From a virus (lineage: Duplodnaviria; Caudoviricetes): a stretch of 33,045 bases of DNA. The position numbers were made by a program, and so were the translations under genes. Location: IMG/VR virus record IMGVR_UViG_3300037423_000659, positions 1 to 33,045 of that record. One strand, given 5' to 3'. Below, one piece after another: positions 1 to 9,473 of this stretch; within the stretch, counting starts at the first letter, position 1; the number at the start of each line of letters is the position of its first letter. Below the pieces are notes generated by a model. That model saw only the letters and a list, made by a program, of their open reading frames with translations. It was not told the DNA's origin and did not search any database.

Positions 1-42
1 CCGTGTGGCAATCGCATTCTAGGTAGATGGCTTTTGGTTTTG

Positions 43-468
43 TCACGGCGCGTCTCCTCCCTGAGATTGGAGAGCGAGACGGCCGGCGTCAGAAATCCTG
101 CATCTTCCCTTTTCCCAGATGATGGCTCCCTTCTCACGTAAGCCTTCCCATGGTTCCGAGTTGGCAATCATCTCCTTGCGTCTGTCAGCAGGCTCAGTGG
201 TTATCGTTGCGAGCACCGCCAGTTCAGACGGGGAGAATGCGGGGGAAGAATTGAGCACTTCCACCGCAGCCTCAAGGCTTGGCTGGTCTTTGCCATCCAC
301 GCGCCATGTGCTGGTTACTGAGCGATCCGTCCGGGAATACCGATCGTACCGCGACAAGCGAGGGTGCTGAGTGCAGCGGAGCAGATAGGCGAAGAATTCC
401 TTGCCGCCGTTGTAGTGGGCTTCCTCGCGCATGCCACAGTATTTCAAGTCTTCAATAGTGATCATCAT
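43..468 (-). CDS. hypothetical phage protein
   Basis: 141-aa ORF in a tightly ATGA-coupled minus-strand operon; no recognised motif. Confidence 0.75.
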   Translation of the reverse strand: MMITIEDLKYCGMREEAHYNGGKEFFAYLLRCTQHPRLSRYDRYSRTDRSVTSTWRVDGKDQPSLEAAVEVLNSSPAFSPSELAVLATITTEPADRRKEMIANSEPWEGLREKGAIIWEKGRCRISDAGRLALQSQGGDAP

Positions 469-704
469 TTCCCGTCACCTCTATGCAAAGCGAGCTTCGT
501 CTTCGGAATATTCATCCACGCTATTGGCGCGTCATGCCGCATGGACGCATCGTCTGTCAGCCAGCAGAATTCAGGATTAGCCGGGTCGTACTCTCCGCAG
601 ACATAGCATTCCGTTGGCTCGGTATCGCCATCGTAGATGTACGATACGTCAAGCAGGATGCGGCGGTCCTTTGGTGCGGTGGACATGGGTTGCCATTCGC
701 TCAT
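465..704 (-). CDS. small phage protein, DUF551-like
   Basis: N-terminal 'MSEWQPMSTAPKD' and C-terminal 'PIAWMNIP' resemble the WQPIETAPKD...THWMPLP phage family. Confidence 0.7.
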   Translation of the reverse strand: MSEWQPMSTAPKDRRILLDVSYIYDGDTEPTECYVCGEYDPANPEFCWLTDDASMRHDAPIAWMNIPKTKLALHRGDGK

Positions 705-910
705 GACGCCATCCTTTCCGCAGCCATCTTTTCAGCGGCGTCCTTAGCGGCCTGTAGCGTTTTGAACGGCCCGACATCGTTTTTTTTCTCGTCTGGCAAC
801 CACGCTGGCAGGAACCACCATCCTCCGGGCCGATAAGATTGAGCGTTGCGGATTGAGCCTATAGCCTCAGCTTCAAGCCATCCAAAATCTCGCTTTTCCC
901 ATGCGCTCAT
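701..910 (-). CDS. hypothetical phage protein
   Basis: 69 aa, ATGA overlaps at both ends; 'GPFKTLQAAKDAAE' is typical of small phage proteins. Confidence 0.7.
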   Translation of the reverse strand: MSAWEKRDFGWLEAEAIGSIRNAQSYRPGGWWFLPAWLPDEKKNDVGPFKTLQAAKDAAEKMAAERMAS

Positions 911-1260
911 GGCTTATCGCCTTCCGTGTTCTCGGCAAGGGTTCTGATAGCGGCTGCGAGATGATCGTAGATTGCGTAATTCGATTTCGCGGGGGTGTTG
1001 TCGATTAGGCTCGCCGCTTCCTCCAGAGTTTCCTTCCGTGCCGTGGCAACTGCTTCGCCCAGTTCTACCGGCGTCCACATATATTCGCCGACGATGGCCT
1101 TTTCGGTCAGCCGTTCTATTTCTGCTTCTGCTGTGGCGAGAGCGGAGCGGAGACGGGTGATTTCCGTTGACGCTTCAGATACGATACTTGCTTGCATATC
1201 CCATTCGACATCGGAAAAGTCTCCGGCCAGGACATTCAGTCGTTCCACGATGTCGGTCAT
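907..1260 (-). CDS. hypothetical phage protein (coiled coil)
   Basis: 'MTDIVERL...EITRLR...AAAIR' accessory-protein pattern; coupled overlaps. Confidence 0.75.
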   Translation of the reverse strand: MTDIVERLNVLAGDFSDVEWDMQASIVSEASTEITRLRSALATAEAEIERLTEKAIVGEYMWTPVELGEAVATARKETLEEAASLIDNTPAKSNYAIYDHLAAAIRTLAENTEGDKP

Positions 1261-1841
1261 TGCTCGCCCTCTGCTTTTGGCGTCGGTGCGGCGCGGCGCC
1301 TCAACTCAGCAGCGATTTCATCCGCACGTTCATAGAACCATTCGCCAGGACTTCCACCGTGCTCGCCAAACCCATTCGCGATCTTGGCTTCAACCTCAGC
1401 CTGCTCTGCGGTGAGTTCGTCATCCGTCAGGTCTTTCGCCCATCTTTTAACTCTCGGCACATCCGTCGCCTGTGCGACTGGCGAGGCGAAGAGTAGATCG
1501 CTAGTATAGGCGACAATGTCTCCACTGGTGCCGCGATGTTTCCAGCAGCTATTCTCGCCTGCGAATTCAAGTGCCTTCGCAGGCCCTTCGGTAGACCCAT
1601 CGCGAAGAAGGACCATGACCTGCATTTCAGGCGGAACCGGCAAGAAGTCGCCGCCGGCCCATTCGATCCACCGAACTATGTCGCCGGGCTTCACCGCCCC
1701 TGCTGGCGCTGCGGCAAGGGCTGCCTCAATGAACGGCATCAGCTTTTCAGCAAGCGCTCCAGCACCAAGGGAATGGTTGCCATCAACGCGGCGGATTTCT
1801 TGGGCGAGTTGGTCAATGGTGATCATGTCAGCAAACCTCAT
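1257..1841 (-). CDS. hypothetical phage protein (mosaic)
   Basis: 194-aa ORF containing a 'WIEWAGG..PVP...V.V.LRDG...DIVAY' module common in phage accessory proteins. Confidence 0.75.
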   Translation of the reverse strand: MRFADMITIDQLAQEIRRVDGNHSLGAGALAEKLMPFIEAALAAAPAGAVKPGDIVRWIEWAGGDFLPVPPEMQVMVLLRDGSTEGPAKALEFAGENSCWKHRGTSGDIVAYTSDLLFASPVAQATDVPRVKRWAKDLTDDELTAEQAEVEAKIANGFGEHGGSPGEWFYERADEIAAELRRRAAPTPKAEGEQ

Positions 1842-2121
1842 TGAAAAAGTCGTTTAGCAGCCCATCGGTAAAGACTGGCGCGTCCCGGAGCAGCTGATCA
1901 GCCTCAGACACATCGCCGCAACAAATCGTATTGAGATCATCATCTGATAGCGATGAAAGCCATGCGTCGATATTTGCTAGGATTTCCGCTGGTTGCCGTT
2001 CAAGGAAAAGCGCGAATTCACGCAGCATTTGCTTTTCTGATCGGATGATGTTGATTCCGCCGTTGTCGTAGGAAATGGCTAGCGCGGCTCTACGGATGCC
2101 AGGATAGATGTCATTCTGCAT
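1828..2121 (-). CDS. hypothetical phage protein
   Basis: ORF; start placed at ATG 2121 by spacing from the AGGAG SD (alternative 2127). Confidence 0.65.
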   Translation of the reverse strand: MQNDIYPGIRRAALAISYDNGGINIIRSEKQMLREFALFLERQPAEILANIDAWLSSLSDDDLNTICCGDVSEADQLLRDAPVFTDGLLNDFFNEVC

Positions 2122-2458
2122 CTTCATCTCCTATGGCGAGGCCGTAGAAAATATCAGCCAACTCCTCCGCCGCCTCCGTCTGTCCGACAACAACACGGCC
2201 CATCTCGTCATTGACGCATCGACAGTTATTGATCTTTTCAATATGCGGTCGCATCTGCACTAGCGCTGCCTCAAGCTCTTCGATGCGCCGGCACAAGTCG
2301 AATACGACGCGATGCGGCTTGTCTGCCCAATCGCGCGCCATACGGCCATTGCCCCGACCTTCGACAGCCATCCGTGCTTCGTAGGTTAGATCGGTAGGAA
2401 GGTGCGGAATCTGCGCGTCACGCTGCAGTTCTCGTTTTGCTTCGTCACTTATCTGCAT
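2111..2458 (-). CDS. hypothetical phage protein
   Basis: Start MQISDEAK at 2458 with AGGAGG SD; overlaps neighbours. Confidence 0.7.
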   Translation of the reverse strand: MQISDEAKRELQRDAQIPHLPTDLTYEARMAVEGRGNGRMARDWADKPHRVVFDLCRRIEELEAALVQMRPHIEKINNCRCVNDEMGRVVVGQTEAAEELADIFYGLAIGDEDAE

Positions 2459-2936
2459 CTTCCCCTCCTGTGTGGGCTTCGATAAAGCGGCGGGCGGCGC
2501 GGAAATCCGATGGCCCGAACCAATCCACAATGCGATCATTCTGGCAGGCGTTGTCCGTCCAGCCGTTTTCGTCGGCCCAGTTGGTATAGAACGGCTTCAG
2601 AAGCTCTACCGCTTCCTTGAGCGCGGCTTCGGCGTCAGCCAATCTATCGCGGAGTTCAACAACGGCTTCGCTTTCACATGACGACATAATGGACGCGGCT
2701 TTCTCGGCGCCTCGTTCCTCGAATGAACGAGACATTTCCTTAGCGTCGGCCATATCCCAGAAGAGATCGCGCCATGGGATTTGACCGCGATCGGTTTCAG
2801 CATAGGCGGTCTTGGTGACCATCTCCGCATACTGGAATGCTCGTTCGAGTTCGTCCGCCGCTTCCGAGCACAGTATCCCAAGCGGCGATACCGGAGAGCA
2901 TGCGGTGCGGAGACGCTTTACGAGATCGTCGGTCAT
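2445..2936 (-). CDS. hypothetical phage protein
   Basis: Start MTDDLVKRL at 2936 (ATGA overlap); its C-terminal module is shared with 9466-9912. Confidence 0.75.
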   Translation of the reverse strand: MTDDLVKRLRTACSPVSPLGILCSEAADELERAFQYAEMVTKTAYAETDRGQIPWRDLFWDMADAKEMSRSFEERGAEKAASIMSSCESEAVVELRDRLADAEAALKEAVELLKPFYTNWADENGWTDNACQNDRIVDWFGPSDFRAARRFIEAHTGGEDADK

Positions 2937-3289
2937 GACTTCTCCTCTCCCAACCATTTGCGCGCGATCCGTGCTGGGCGCTGCGGATCAAGCATGTTGT
3001 CGACTGGATCTGTGTCCGCGATCTCACGCATGGCTATCTGTGCCTCCGTTATCCATTCCTCCAGATCGAGCCGCCCACCGACTGCATTGGCCGTAGCCGC
3101 TGCATTCTGCTCGAATGCTTCGCGATATTGCTTGGCGTCGGCTTCCGCCTTCTCCAGCGCGTCCAGCACTGCGGCGATGTCTCCGCATGTCGGGGGCGAC
3201 CGTGGCTCTGCCCCGTCTGGTAATTGGGCGCCATTCCAGTCGATTAGAATGTCTCGCAGGGAGGCGATGATGTCGGTGAGGGATGTCAT
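2933..3289 (-). CDS. hypothetical phage protein
   Basis: 118 aa, ATGA-coupled. Confidence 0.7.
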   Translation of the reverse strand: MTSLTDIIASLRDILIDWNGAQLPDGAEPRSPPTCGDIAAVLDALEKAEADAKQYREAFEQNAAATANAVGGRLDLEEWITEAQIAMREIADTDPVDNMLDPQRPARIARKWLGEEKS

Positions 3290-3906
3290 GGCTTTTTCAC
3301 CTCGCGATATGCGGCAAGAAGCTGAGCGCCAACTTCATGGTTGATGCGATCCAATTGCCGGAGCGCCCAATTTAGCCCCTCGCAAAAGCCCCTGTCGGCA
3401 CCGCGATTATGCTGATCGATTTCCCGTTGCGTCTGCCGGCGCTCGCGATCTTCAACGACTGTCGTCACAGTGACGGCGAACGCCCCGCGAGAATGTGGTT
3501 CTGCATTGTGATAGAGAACTGAGCCTGGATCGGTAGCGTCTGGCACCGTACGCCACCACTCATGGCGTACGGATGTCGTATCGGCGCTCAGGTTAACGTA
3601 GCGCCTATCATATATCGCGTCCGCGCTGGTATAGGCATTTACGGCTTCGGCGAATTTCCACAAATCATGATGTCCGCGTGCCCAAAATCCAATGAGGCCG
3701 CCGCCATCCGGCCCGCCTTCACGCAAGTCCTGAATGTCGATGCCATGGCGGCGCTCTTCGCCCCAACTGAATTGAGCGGCGGATAGATATTCGCTCAGTT
3801 CCGACTTGCTGATAAGGCAATGATCTGGATATTCGGCTGGCGATGTCCGATCAGCTTTGTCTAGCAATTCCTGCCATAGGCGGTCTGTGAGTACGTTGAT
3901 GCTCAT
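3286..3906 (-). CDS. hypothetical phage protein
   Basis: 206 aa, ATGA-coupled, GAGGA SD. Confidence 0.75.
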   Translation of the reverse strand: MSINVLTDRLWQELLDKADRTSPAEYPDHCLISKSELSEYLSAAQFSWGEERRHGIDIQDLREGGPDGGGLIGFWARGHHDLWKFAEAVNAYTSADAIYDRRYVNLSADTTSVRHEWWRTVPDATDPGSVLYHNAEPHSRGAFAVTVTTVVEDRERRQTQREIDQHNRGADRGFCEGLNWALRQLDRINHEVGAQLLAAYREVKKP

Positions 3907-4313
3907 GTCCGTTCCTCGGCTGGCTTGAACAGGGATTTGGGTGGCAAGGACGGCTTCTCAGCGCGTCTGGCGGATTTAGCGCTCTGTGGGAAGGGCGCGC
4001 CGTGGAGCTTGCCAGCGTGCCGCACAACGCCTGTAGACTTGTCCCTCTGGCGATCCGACTTTCTGATCCGCTTGATATCGTCGCGCGTTTTGAATTTATG
4101 GCACTGGACACAGAGCGCTCGGCAATTGGCTAAGCTATTATCGCCGCCTAATTCCGCCGGGAGGATGTGATCGAACTGGACGCCGAGCGAAAGGTTGCAG
4201 TTGCAGCGCTGGCCATCTGTGAAGCCATATAGGGCACCTGTGGCTTCGCAGCGGTATTCGGCGCGGGTGAGGGCGGCCTGTCTTGTCTTGCGGGTGAATT
4301 CTAGGCGGGCCAT
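3903..4313 (-). CDS. HNH endonuclease
   Basis: 'RCE...C...QFDHILP..LGGDNSLANCRALCVQCH..KT' HNH signature; start MARLEF at 4313. Confidence 0.88.
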   Translation of the reverse strand: MARLEFTRKTRQAALTRAEYRCEATGALYGFTDGQRCNCNLSLGVQFDHILPAELGGDNSLANCRALCVQCHKFKTRDDIKRIRKSDRQRDKSTGVVRHAGKLHGAPFPQSAKSARRAEKPSLPPKSLFKPAEERT

Positions 4314-4738
4314 CAGTCCGCCTCCCAGAGGGTGAACGGCAGCGGCTCGGGCAAAACCCAAATGTGGAACATGTCCGCGCTATCGACTATCTCGCAGTAC
4401 GGCGGATATACTTCGACGGCGGTTGCTTCCTTGCCTGCGAGTTCGTCCTTAATCCGCTGCATTTCCCACCACGTCGGGCGCACGCCAGAGAGGGACGAAA
4501 CGGCAAGGTGGCGGACGCCGTTTGGCAAAGTGCGATCGAGGACGGAAAACACCTCGTTCCTGTGGGCGGTAGTGAACTGGTAGGCCCATCCCTTCGGATT
4601 TGGCGACACTGAGCCTTTCGGGAATGTGAGCGTCTCCCAAGCCGGCCAGTTGCCGGATTTACGCAGGCGCTCTTCCTTGGCCAGCACAAGGCGGCGCTCA
4701 TTGCGGGATAGGCGCATGATTGCTTCGTTCGCCATCAC
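4313..4738 (-). CDS. conserved phage protein (DUF7694-like)
   Basis: 'HL.VS....PTW.EMQ.IKD.......AVEVYP......D...MFHIW' motif of a widespread phage family. Confidence 0.7.
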   Translation of the reverse strand: MMANEAIMRLSRNERRLVLAKEERLRKSGNWPAWETLTFPKGSVSPNPKGWAYQFTTAHRNEVFSVLDRTLPNGVRHLAVSSLSGVRPTWWEMQRIKDELAGKEATAVEVYPPYCEIVDSADMFHIWVLPEPLPFTLWEAD

Positions 4739-4935
4739 GCCCTCCCTTTCCCCGCCAGCAGCGACGTCATAGCCGCCTGCCGCGCCGCCCGGATATGAGC
4801 AACGGGCCTATGACTGCGCTTGGCCGCGGCCTCGCTCTGGTCGAAGTATCGAAGCTCTGGGCATTGGCGATACAGGGCCTTGCGTCGGCGCCAGGATTGC
4901 CAGGCACGGAGGGTTTTGCGGATGAGGGAGTTCAC
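4735..4935 (-). CDS. small basic hypothetical protein
   Basis: GTG start at 4935 overlapping the upstream stop (GTGA); Arg-rich, 66 aa. Confidence 0.6.
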   Translation of the reverse strand: MNSLIRKTLRAWQSWRRRKALYRQCPELRYFDQSEAAAKRSHRPVAHIRAARQAAMTSLLAGKGRA

Positions 4936-5282
4936 AGCAAATCCTCCACATCCATCTGAGGCGACTTGGCTCGGCGCGTCTTGGCGGCGTTCTGCCGATG
5001 GTGCTTCGCGTCCCAGGTAAGGTGGCATCGCTGGCAAAGTGCTCTGCACCGATCCGGGTCGGCATGGCTTTCGTCATGATCCATGTGAGCGATCGTCAGT
5101 ACGACTTTCGATCCGGTTTCTGGGTGAGGTTGACCGTTCTCGGCTCTGCAGTCCGGAAACTGCGGCGTGCCTTCGCAGCGGTTGCCGGCACGTTCTAGGA
5201 GTGAGGCGCGGAAGGCTTTCCATTCCTTCGAATGAGTGCCGCCGCCGGGATAGAGAGCCATGCGTTCAGAGCGAATGGGCAT
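4932..5282 (-). CDS. HNH endonuclease-like protein
   Basis: 'RAGNRCE...VVLTIAHMDHD...RALCQRCHL' HNH-type motif. Confidence 0.8.
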   Translation of the reverse strand: MPIRSERMALYPGGGTHSKEWKAFRASLLERAGNRCEGTPQFPDCRAENGQPHPETGSKVVLTIAHMDHDESHADPDRCRALCQRCHLTWDAKHHRQNAAKTRRAKSPQMDVEDLL

Positions 5283-5508
5283 GGCTCGCCTCCTCGACCG
5301 GCGTCACCCTATCGAGCAGATAGCAGCCGCGAACCCCCTCCAGCCAGATGACGGCGGAATGCCCTTGTAGGACTTCGGCGCGGGCGGTGGTTTTCGTCTC
5401 GCGGATTTCGCCGCTGTCGAGACGGACTTTAACCTTGTGGCCGGGCGGATAGATGCGGTTGAAGGCATCGCATTGGGCTTGGAGCTTTGCTGGGTTAGGT
5501 CGCTTCAT
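5266..5508 (-). CDS. hypothetical phage protein
   Basis: Start MKRPNP at 5508 (ATGA overlap); beta-rich 'T.T...A.VL.GHSAVIWL.G..GC..L' pattern. Confidence 0.7.
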   Translation of the reverse strand: MKRPNPAKLQAQCDAFNRIYPPGHKVKVRLDSGEIRETKTTARAEVLQGHSAVIWLEGVRGCYLLDRVTPVEEASHAHSL

Positions 5509-6794
5509 GATGCACCGCCAAGCTCTTCCGGTTCGCACCCAAGCATCTCGGAATAAAACTCGATCGCCGACTCCACGCTGGTGGAATTCTCCATGATCGC
5601 CTTGACGCTCGCATGGATGCTCTTGGCGGCTTCCTTGCCTTCAGGTGAGAGACCGCCGAGTTCTATATTCGACCAACGGCGGATGACCTTAGACATCAGT
5701 TCGCCTGATGTCTCCGGCTTCGCGGCCATGTTCAGAACATCCTTTGCGAACCGCCGCAGGACGATGATCTCCTTTTCGGGGATGGAAGAAGAAGAGTCCG
5801 CCGCCAGCGTGGGTGTGTTGGGGGACGGACTAACGGCGGACTCTTCGTTTGAGCCAGTATCGGCGGAGGACTTGGCCGAGTCTTCTGGCTCTGTTGATGA
5901 TGCCTGGACGGAAGGGGAGGCATCATCGCTACCGGCGGCCGGGAAGGAGTCGGCACCGGGATTGGCATTTGTGTTCGTGATTTCGCCGGTTTCGGCGTCG
6001 ACGTGTTCGGATTGCTCTTCCGCCGAATCAAACTCGACAGGCTCACCAACCTTGCGCTGCTTAGCGATGGCGATAGGCTCATCGGAAAGCGGATCAGCGA
6101 TGACGTTGGACGGTGTGATATTGCGGGCTACACGAGACCGAACGGAAGAATCCATGTCCTCCATCTCATCGTCTGTATAGACGCCAAGCATGAGAGCTGG
6201 CTCATAGATGCGGCACCAGTCACGCGTTCCTCGGTATACGAGCATGCGCGGGAAGTTCTTCGGAGACCATGGCGAGTTGTTGCCAGATGTCTTCCACTCG
6301 GCCACAGAGCCGTCAAAGAGCCGCATGTCATCGCGGCGGTAACCAGGCTCAAGTAGAAGCTTGATGTCGTTGGTAATGGGCTTGTCGCTCAAATAGATGC
6401 GCGTCTGCTCGCCTTGGCCGACAATGACATGGTGAAGGTCCATTCCCATCTTCGCTTGCAGGACAGCGGCGACGAGCTTGCCCTCATAGCAAAGCTTGCC
6501 GTGCACGACGGAGACGCATTGGGCGACAGCAAACGGGTCAAGCCCCCAGCGGACGGCCTGGTTGACGACTAGGAAGCAGTTTGACAGGATTTGCTCATAT
6601 GGCAGCAGTTCCTTAGCGTCCTTCGTGCCTTCCATGCGGAGTGCATCTGGGATGAGCGACGAACGCGCCATAACCGTAGCCACGCGCTGCATGTGCTCGA
6701 ACCGCGAGGTATCCAGCAGCGGAACGGCATCGACAACCTCGAGGCGGTCACGCTTGGCGGGGGCATTCTGATTGATGTCGACTATCTGGTTCAT
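5505..6794 (-). CDS. recT: RecT-like ssDNA annealing protein with acidic linker
   Basis: 'NCFLVVNQAVRWGLDPFAVAQ...V.GKL.YEGKL...W...P.ML.YR..R.W.R.Y.P..MLGVYT.DE' RecT/Beta-family pattern; directly downstream of the ExoVIII-like gene. Confidence 0.78.
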   Translation of the reverse strand: MNQIVDINQNAPAKRDRLEVVDAVPLLDTSRFEHMQRVATVMARSSLIPDALRMEGTKDAKELLPYEQILSNCFLVVNQAVRWGLDPFAVAQCVSVVHGKLCYEGKLVAAVLQAKMGMDLHHVIVGQGEQTRIYLSDKPITNDIKLLLEPGYRRDDMRLFDGSVAEWKTSGNNSPWSPKNFPRMLVYRGTRDWCRIYEPALMLGVYTDDEMEDMDSSVRSRVARNITPSNVIADPLSDEPIAIAKQRKVGEPVEFDSAEEQSEHVDAETGEITNTNANPGADSFPAAGSDDASPSVQASSTEPEDSAKSSADTGSNEESAVSPSPNTPTLAADSSSSIPEKEIIVLRRFAKDVLNMAAKPETSGELMSKVIRRWSNIELGGLSPEGKEAAKSIHASVKAIMENSTSVESAIEFYSEMLGCEPEELGGAS

Positions 6795-6797
6795 GGC

Positions 6798-7775
6798 TTA
6801 TGCCCCCTGAGCGTTGCGGTAGTGGTAGTATTGGGGAAGGTCGGTCTCATCGATCTCCTTGAGCGGCTCGTTAAGCACCCATGCCGTGTCAGTCCCAAAC
6901 TCCTCCATGAAGAGCCGGTAATTCTGGACGGCTCGGGTTATGCGCCGCCGGCCAATTTCGAGGAGCGAGTTTTGCGGCGATAGCGTGAAGCCGCTCGTGA
7001 TCGGCGAGCCCTCGGCTTTCCAGAAGACGAACACGAAGGCAAACGGGATGCCTGCCAACTCGATCAGCCAGGGAATGCGGACGCCGTTCTCCTCGGCTCC
7101 GAAGACGGCATCTCGCTTGAGCAGATTGATCATCTGCCGCCGACCTTCGGAATAGTGCTCTGCCGATACCGGATAATCGTAGTTGGCGATCGCATCCATG
7201 CACTGCATCTGGAACGGTTTTTCGTTCTTCGATCGTATCGACTTCAGATCGGTGATGGCGCGTGTTTTGAGATAGTCGAACCGAGCCTTGAAGCGGACGC
7301 CGTCAACTGTCCAGAACACCGAGACTTCAGGCTGGCCACCGGTGAAAGCATTCGCCAAGTTCTTATTGGCTTTGATGAAGGCGGAGGCGGCAAGGATACG
7401 CTGCCAGTCACGGAACTTCACCGGAACTTTTCCTTCTTCTCGGATGGCGGCGATCTCGGCGATGCCATCCTTGCGATTGCCGGGATGGTATTGCGGCGAA
7501 TGGCCGGACTTGAACTTGTCGACGCCTTCAAGCACACACTGATGCAATTGGCGGCCGAAGATTTTCGACGGTGTGTCGTCGCTTTCCTCATCGCGAGCCG
7601 GGTTCATCCAGCTCGACCACCAAAAGTCTGGGGCGTTGTCGACCAGCTTTTTCAGACCGGAGGAGCCTAGCGCCGGATCGGCGTGATACTGCTGATCACT
7701 GAGGCCGAAATAAATGCCATCAGCCAACGGCTTTGCTTCTGCCGGTATTTCCGGCGCTTCGACATGGGCGTTCAT
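6798..7775 (-). CDS. recE: RecE/exonuclease VIII-like PD-(D/E)XK nuclease (DUF3799-like)
   Basis: 'GIYFGLS..QYHAD.ALGSSGLK', 'FG..LH..VLE', 'EVSVFW...KARFDYL...DLKS'. Confidence 0.85.
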   Translation of the reverse strand: MNAHVEAPEIPAEAKPLADGIYFGLSDQQYHADPALGSSGLKKLVDNAPDFWWSSWMNPARDEESDDTPSKIFGRQLHQCVLEGVDKFKSGHSPQYHPGNRKDGIAEIAAIREEGKVPVKFRDWQRILAASAFIKANKNLANAFTGGQPEVSVFWTVDGVRFKARFDYLKTRAITDLKSIRSKNEKPFQMQCMDAIANYDYPVSAEHYSEGRRQMINLLKRDAVFGAEENGVRIPWLIELAGIPFAFVFVFWKAEGSPITSGFTLSPQNSLLEIGRRRITRAVQNYRLFMEEFGTDTAWVLNEPLKEIDETDLPQYYHYRNAQGA

Positions 7776-7785
7776 CGGCTTTGCC

Positions 7786-8955
7786 TCAGTATTTCAGGGT
7801 GACGTTGGGAACGAGGCCGCTGACCATGTGGACAACTATCTTCTGCGCGGCGGCCTGAGAGATGCCAGAGCACTCGATCAGTTCCTTGACGATGGCGGTG
7901 TTGATCGACTTACGGTGAGCTTTGTCTGCATCCCGGCGGCGCTGCTCGGCTTCCTCGGCCGCTTTCTCGTCGGCGAGGCGCTGGCGCTCGGCCGCAGCTT
8001 CTCGCTCCGCCTTGGCTTTCGCCTCAGCGACTTCACGGACGCGGCGTTCTTCGGCTTCCGCCTCTCGGCGGCGGGCTTCCTCTATTTCGCGCTGGCGGGC
8101 AGCCTCAGCCTCGCGGATCGCCGCTGCATGGCGTTCCTCCGCTTCGGCCGCGGCGCGCTTGGCGGCTTCGATCTTTTCCTGTGCTTCGCGCTCTACCCGC
8201 CGGGCGGCTTCTTCGGCGGCCGCAGCAAGATCGGCCTTGCGCTTCTCCTCTGCCAATCGCTCGCGTTCGGCGCGCTCAGCAGCTTCATTGGCGGCGCGTT
8301 CGGCAGCAAGCCGTTCTGCCTCATGCCGTTCCCGCTCTGCCTTTTCGGCGCGCAGCTGCTCCAGTTCGGCCGCCTCTTGTTCCTGTTTGAGAGCGGTTCG
8401 GTAAAGTCTGTTGATGGTATCAACGGCAACATCGTGGGCGACTGCGGCCTGAGGTGCGTATTCGTCCCAGAATTCCTTTCCGAGTTTGATCTCGCGCAGC
8501 TCGGCGGCCATAGCCTGAAGTTCTGCGGTCGATCGGCCAAAGCCAACCCTGCTGTAGGATACCAAGTCCTCAAGACGTGATGTAAGACCTTCGACGCGAT
8601 CTTTCTCAGCTTCCTCCCATGCGGTGAGAGGCTTGCGTACATCTTCTTTCAGAGCATCGAGCCGCTCCTCGATCGTGTTGCAGGCGGCGTTGACCTTCTT
8701 CGTTTGGTCCCGCCAGCTTTCCGTCAGCTTCTTGCCCTGAGCAATCAATGTTGTTTTAGTGCGGGCGACCTTGTGGGCCAGAGAGGCGATTGCATCGCGG
8801 CCTGTCTTCGTCGACACATCGGGAACATGCTTGTCGACGGCTTCCTTGACCTTTGAGTATAGCTTTTCGAACTCCTCGTCGTTGGTGAAGGTTTCGGCCG
8901 TCATAACCGCCGGCAGTTTGATAATGAGATCTGTGGATGCAATTTCCTTGGACAT
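7786..8955 (-). CDS. long coiled-coil phage protein (often mislabelled TolA-like)
   Basis: 'PDVST.TGRDAIASLA.KVARTKT' N-terminus, E/A/R-rich helical body, 'VP.VT.KY' C-terminus; GGAGG SD before ATG 8955. Confidence 0.8.
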   Translation of the reverse strand: MSKEIASTDLIIKLPAVMTAETFTNDEEFEKLYSKVKEAVDKHVPDVSTKTGRDAIASLAHKVARTKTTLIAQGKKLTESWRDQTKKVNAACNTIEERLDALKEDVRKPLTAWEEAEKDRVEGLTSRLEDLVSYSRVGFGRSTAELQAMAAELREIKLGKEFWDEYAPQAAVAHDVAVDTINRLYRTALKQEQEAAELEQLRAEKAERERHEAERLAAERAANEAAERAERERLAEEKRKADLAAAAEEAARRVEREAQEKIEAAKRAAAEAEERHAAAIREAEAARQREIEEARRREAEAEERRVREVAEAKAKAEREAAAERQRLADEKAAEEAEQRRRDADKAHRKSINTAIVKELIECSGISQAAAQKIVVHMVSGLVPNVTLKY

Positions 8956-8956
8956 T

Positions 8957-9196
8957 TCAAACCCTCCGAGAAACTTGGTAATCGTGTTCAGCCCGGCTGA
9001 GACCGACATTGGCCGCGGCAATGATCCCCAGCGCCGCAAGCGCCAGGACCGCGCCGACAAACACCGGCCCGGTTAGATCGCGGTGGCTGAATGCTACCGA
9101 TGGCAGTTCGTGAATGGTGATGGTGCGGGAGCATGACCGATCGCATGATGCGGGATCGCAGCCGCCGAAAACCTGTTGTGGGCAAAGTTCGCGCAT
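8957..9196 (-). CDS. small membrane protein with Cys-rich N-terminus
   Basis: Start MRELCP at 9196; one hydrophobic helix (VFVGAVLALAALGIIAAA). Confidence 0.6.
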   Translation of the reverse strand: MRELCPQQVFGGCDPASCDRSCSRTITIHELPSVAFSHRDLTGPVFVGAVLALAALGIIAAANVGLSRAEHDYQVSRRV

Positions 9197-9197
9197 C

Positions 9198-9473
9198 TCA
9201 ATCCTTCGCTGGGCAAATGACGACTGGCATGAATTTGATCTCGGCCCACGGATAGAGCTTTCCGGCCAACATCTCGGTGATGCGCTTGTCGCGGTTGCAT
9301 TGCGGTGAGGCGTTGTCCAAGGTCTTTCGACCCTGGGCGTAGAATACCAAGCCTCTTTCTGGATGGGTTGCCCACCAGCTGTCGCGGATGACGTGACTTG
9401 GGCCGGAGCGCTTTTCGATATCGGCGAACGGCATAAAGACCAACCGTGGGTCATCGGGCGTGTGCTCAGCCAT
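9198..9473 (-). CDS. hypothetical phage protein
   Basis: Start MAEHTP at 9473 after GGAGG SD; 'SPQCN' motif. Confidence 0.7.
   Translation of the reverse strand: MAEHTPDDPRLVFMPFADIEKRSGPSHVIRDSWWATHPERGLVFYAQGRKTLDNASPQCNRDKRITEMLAGKLYPWAEIKFMPVVICPAKD

Noticed and set aside
1-42. Integrase, excisionase or att site
   Set aside because: None visible; they probably lie to the left of the window, so prophage versus free phage cannot be decided.
7714-8580. + strand ORFs of 288 aa and 160 aa
   Set aside because: Antisense shadows of the E/A/R-rich coiled-coil gene.
7786-8955. TolA annotation
   Set aside because: No N-terminal transmembrane anchor or TolA C-domain; the similarity is compositional only.
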